Source: Candidatus Asbonarchaeum danakilense
GTDB taxonomy: Archaea > Nanohalarchaeota > Nanosalinia > Nanosalinales > Nanoanaerosalinaceae
NCBI GenBank assembly: GCA_034190465.1
Contig: JAXINV010000018.1
Span: forward strand, 1 to 49,247
Direction of reading: 5' to 3'
Length of the DNA: 49,247 bases
Both the position numbers and the translations under genes were made by a program. Of the stretch, positions 47,706 to 49,247 are shown one piece after another. Under the pieces are notes generated by a model. The model was not told the DNA's origin. It made no database searches and was given only the letters and a program-made list of their open reading frames with translations. Position 1 is the stretch's first letter. Each line of letters begins with the position of its first letter.

Positions 47706-49127
47706 ATGGACGACTGGCGACGTGGTTCCGGGTTGATCGTTCTGGCGGTGCTTCTGTTCGCTGCTCCTGCGGCGGCACAGAGCGGGTTCGATGTCACTGT
47801 CAGCAGCGAGGATACGACGGTCCGCCCGGCGCAGGGTGAGACAGCCAAGTTCCACATCACGGTCACGAACACCGCGGAACAGCAGCAGCGGTTCCGTGTG
47901 TCCTATATAACCGGGACAGCGACCGATCCGGCATGGTACTACTTGGAGAACCCGTTCATCACGCTGGAGCCGAACGAGACCGAGATGACCACCCTGTATG
48001 CTACGCCAGACATGACAGCGCAGGCAGGGACGATGGGGCCCCGTATCATCGTGTTCCCGCTGGATGACCCTGACAACCGGTTCAACAAGCTTGTGAGTTT
48101 CTCCGTCATCCGTGACACGAACCTGGAGATCATCTCGTTCGAAGGCCCGCAGGCCATGTACAAGCCTGGCGAGACAGTCAACGTCTCGATGACGGTCAAG
48201 AACGTGATCCAGCGAGACATCGCGGCTAACCGGTATCAGGTCGTGATGACGGTCAACGGCGACCAGACGACACGCCCTGTCCCGTCCATCGAGGCAGGTG
48301 AGACAGAGCGTATCACCGCAGCCCTGGAGCTGGAGAGCTACCGCGCAGGTATCTACGACCTCACGGTCGAGATCCGCGAGATCGGGGGTGAGGTCCACAG
48401 CACACAGCAGGCGAAGATCGAGGTAACGAAGGAGCGGAGGCTTGGCTACGATCATACTTCTTCCAAGTCGTTCCTGAGTTCGTCGAAGACTGTGAGGGTC
48501 ACGAACACAGGCAACGTCGTCGTGGAGGACCTGAACGTCTCGAAGTCGGCCGCATGGTACATTGATCCTTTTGTGTCGTTCCCCCAGGAGCCGGACCAGA
48601 TCGTGAACGTGGACGGTGAGCGGAAGTACGTCTGGACAGTGGAACGCCTTGAACCAGGCGAGTCCGTCTCGTTCTCCTACACGGTCAGCTACTGGTCGCT
48701 GGTGCTGGTGCTGTTGATCCTGGTCGCGGCGGGTGCGGTGCTCGTCCGCAGGTTCCGCTCGGTGACGCTCGTGAAGTCGGGCCGGCGCTCCGGTGACCGC
48801 CTGTCGATCCATCTCCGTGTGAAGAACAACACGGGCTCCAGGATCGAGGACGTGGAGGTCGAGGACTTCGTGCCCGGCATCGCCTCGCTGATCGAAAAGT
48901 TCGACTCCCGCAGCCCGGAGAAGATCCAGAGCACGGACGACGGCACGAAGATGGTCTGGAAGCTGGGCATGATGGAGCCGGGCGAGGAACGCATCATCAC
49001 GTATAAGGTCAAACCCCGTGTCCAGGTCGAGGGCTACATCTCACTGCCGGAGGCGGAGGTCACGTACGAGAAGAAGGGCCAGGAAAAGGCGCGCGAGTCC
49101 CACCCGATCTCCGCTGACTTCAGCTGA
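47706..49127 (+). CDS. membrane-anchored surface protein with CARDB/NPCBM-like Ig domains and a cytoplasm-side Ig-like domain
   Basis: Signal peptide ...FAAPAAAQ, repeated 'ITVTNT..LEPNET / YKPGETVNV / LEPGES', TM LVLVLLILVAAGAVLV. Start at the ATG at 47706. Confidence 0.85.
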   Translation: MDDWRRGSGLIVLAVLLFAAPAAAQSGFDVTVSSEDTTVRPAQGETAKFHITVTNTAEQQQRFRVSYITGTATDPAWYYLENPFITLEPNETEMTTLYATPDMTAQAGTMGPRIIVFPLDDPDNRFNKLVSFSVIRDTNLEIISFEGPQAMYKPGETVNVSMTVKNVIQRDIAANRYQVVMTVNGDQTTRPVPSIEAGETERITAALELESYRAGIYDLTVEIREIGGEVHSTQQAKIEVTKERRLGYDHTSSKSFLSSSKTVRVTNTGNVVVEDLNVSKSAAWYIDPFVSFPQEPDQIVNVDGERKYVWTVERLEPGESVSFSYTVSYWSLVLVLLILVAAGAVLVRRFRSVTLVKSGRRSGDRLSIHLRVKNNTGSRIEDVEVEDFVPGIASLIEKFDSRSPEKIQSTDDGTKMVWKLGMMEPGEERIITYKVKPRVQVEGYISLPEAEVTYEKKGQEKARESHPISADFS

Positions 49128-49193
49128 GCACTGGCAATTTATTTAAGCGTCCCCGTCTCTCTACCAGATGTTCCTACCAGACTGTGTAGGTAT

Positions 49194-49247
49194 CCCTCCC
49201 TAGCTCAGGCTGGCAGAGCGGTCGCCTGTAGAGCGACTTGTCCCCCG
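49194..49247 (+). tRNA. tRNA-Tyr(GTA), truncated by window end inside the T-arm
   Basis: CCCTCCC (C1, archaeal Tyr identity), GCTC/GAGC D-stem, GTCGC-CTGTAGA-GCGAC anticodon arm with no intron. Confidence 0.9.

Overview
This is a GC-rich archaeal chromosome segment with a very acidic (salt-in) proteome, short intergenic spacers and TTTA[A/T]A TATA boxes. It carries a class I LysRS, an archaeal GlmU, a BHB-intron tRNA and several small conserved hypotheticals, which together suggest a halophilic DPANN archaeon (Nanohaloarchaeota-like; inference). It encodes about 53 CDS: an ABC transporter, SLC13 and CPA2 transporters, a CBS+HPF-like protein, tandem dTMP kinases, GdhA, a glmU-TIM-HAD-glmM / regulator / glmS UDP-GlcNAc cluster, a processive GT2, MsrB, a MazG-like protein, a stand-alone class III PhaC, rhomboid and site-2 proteases, and Ig-like surface proteins. 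It also holds four tRNAs: Arg-CCT with intron, Leu-GAG, Pro-CGG and a truncated Tyr-GTA. No integrase, transposase or CRISPR-Cas was seen. The most striking unexplained structures are non-coding. (1) Arrays of tRNA-end copies alternate with bulged anti-copies and internal hairpins at tRNA-Pro (both sides), tRNA-Leu and the left window edge, and the loci share motifs and a compensatory base change. (2) A ~340-nt, stem-closed structured RNA candidate at 42163-42500 has its own promoter-like and terminator-like signals and RNase-P-like words. All protein calls are from motif recognition by eye, not database searches.
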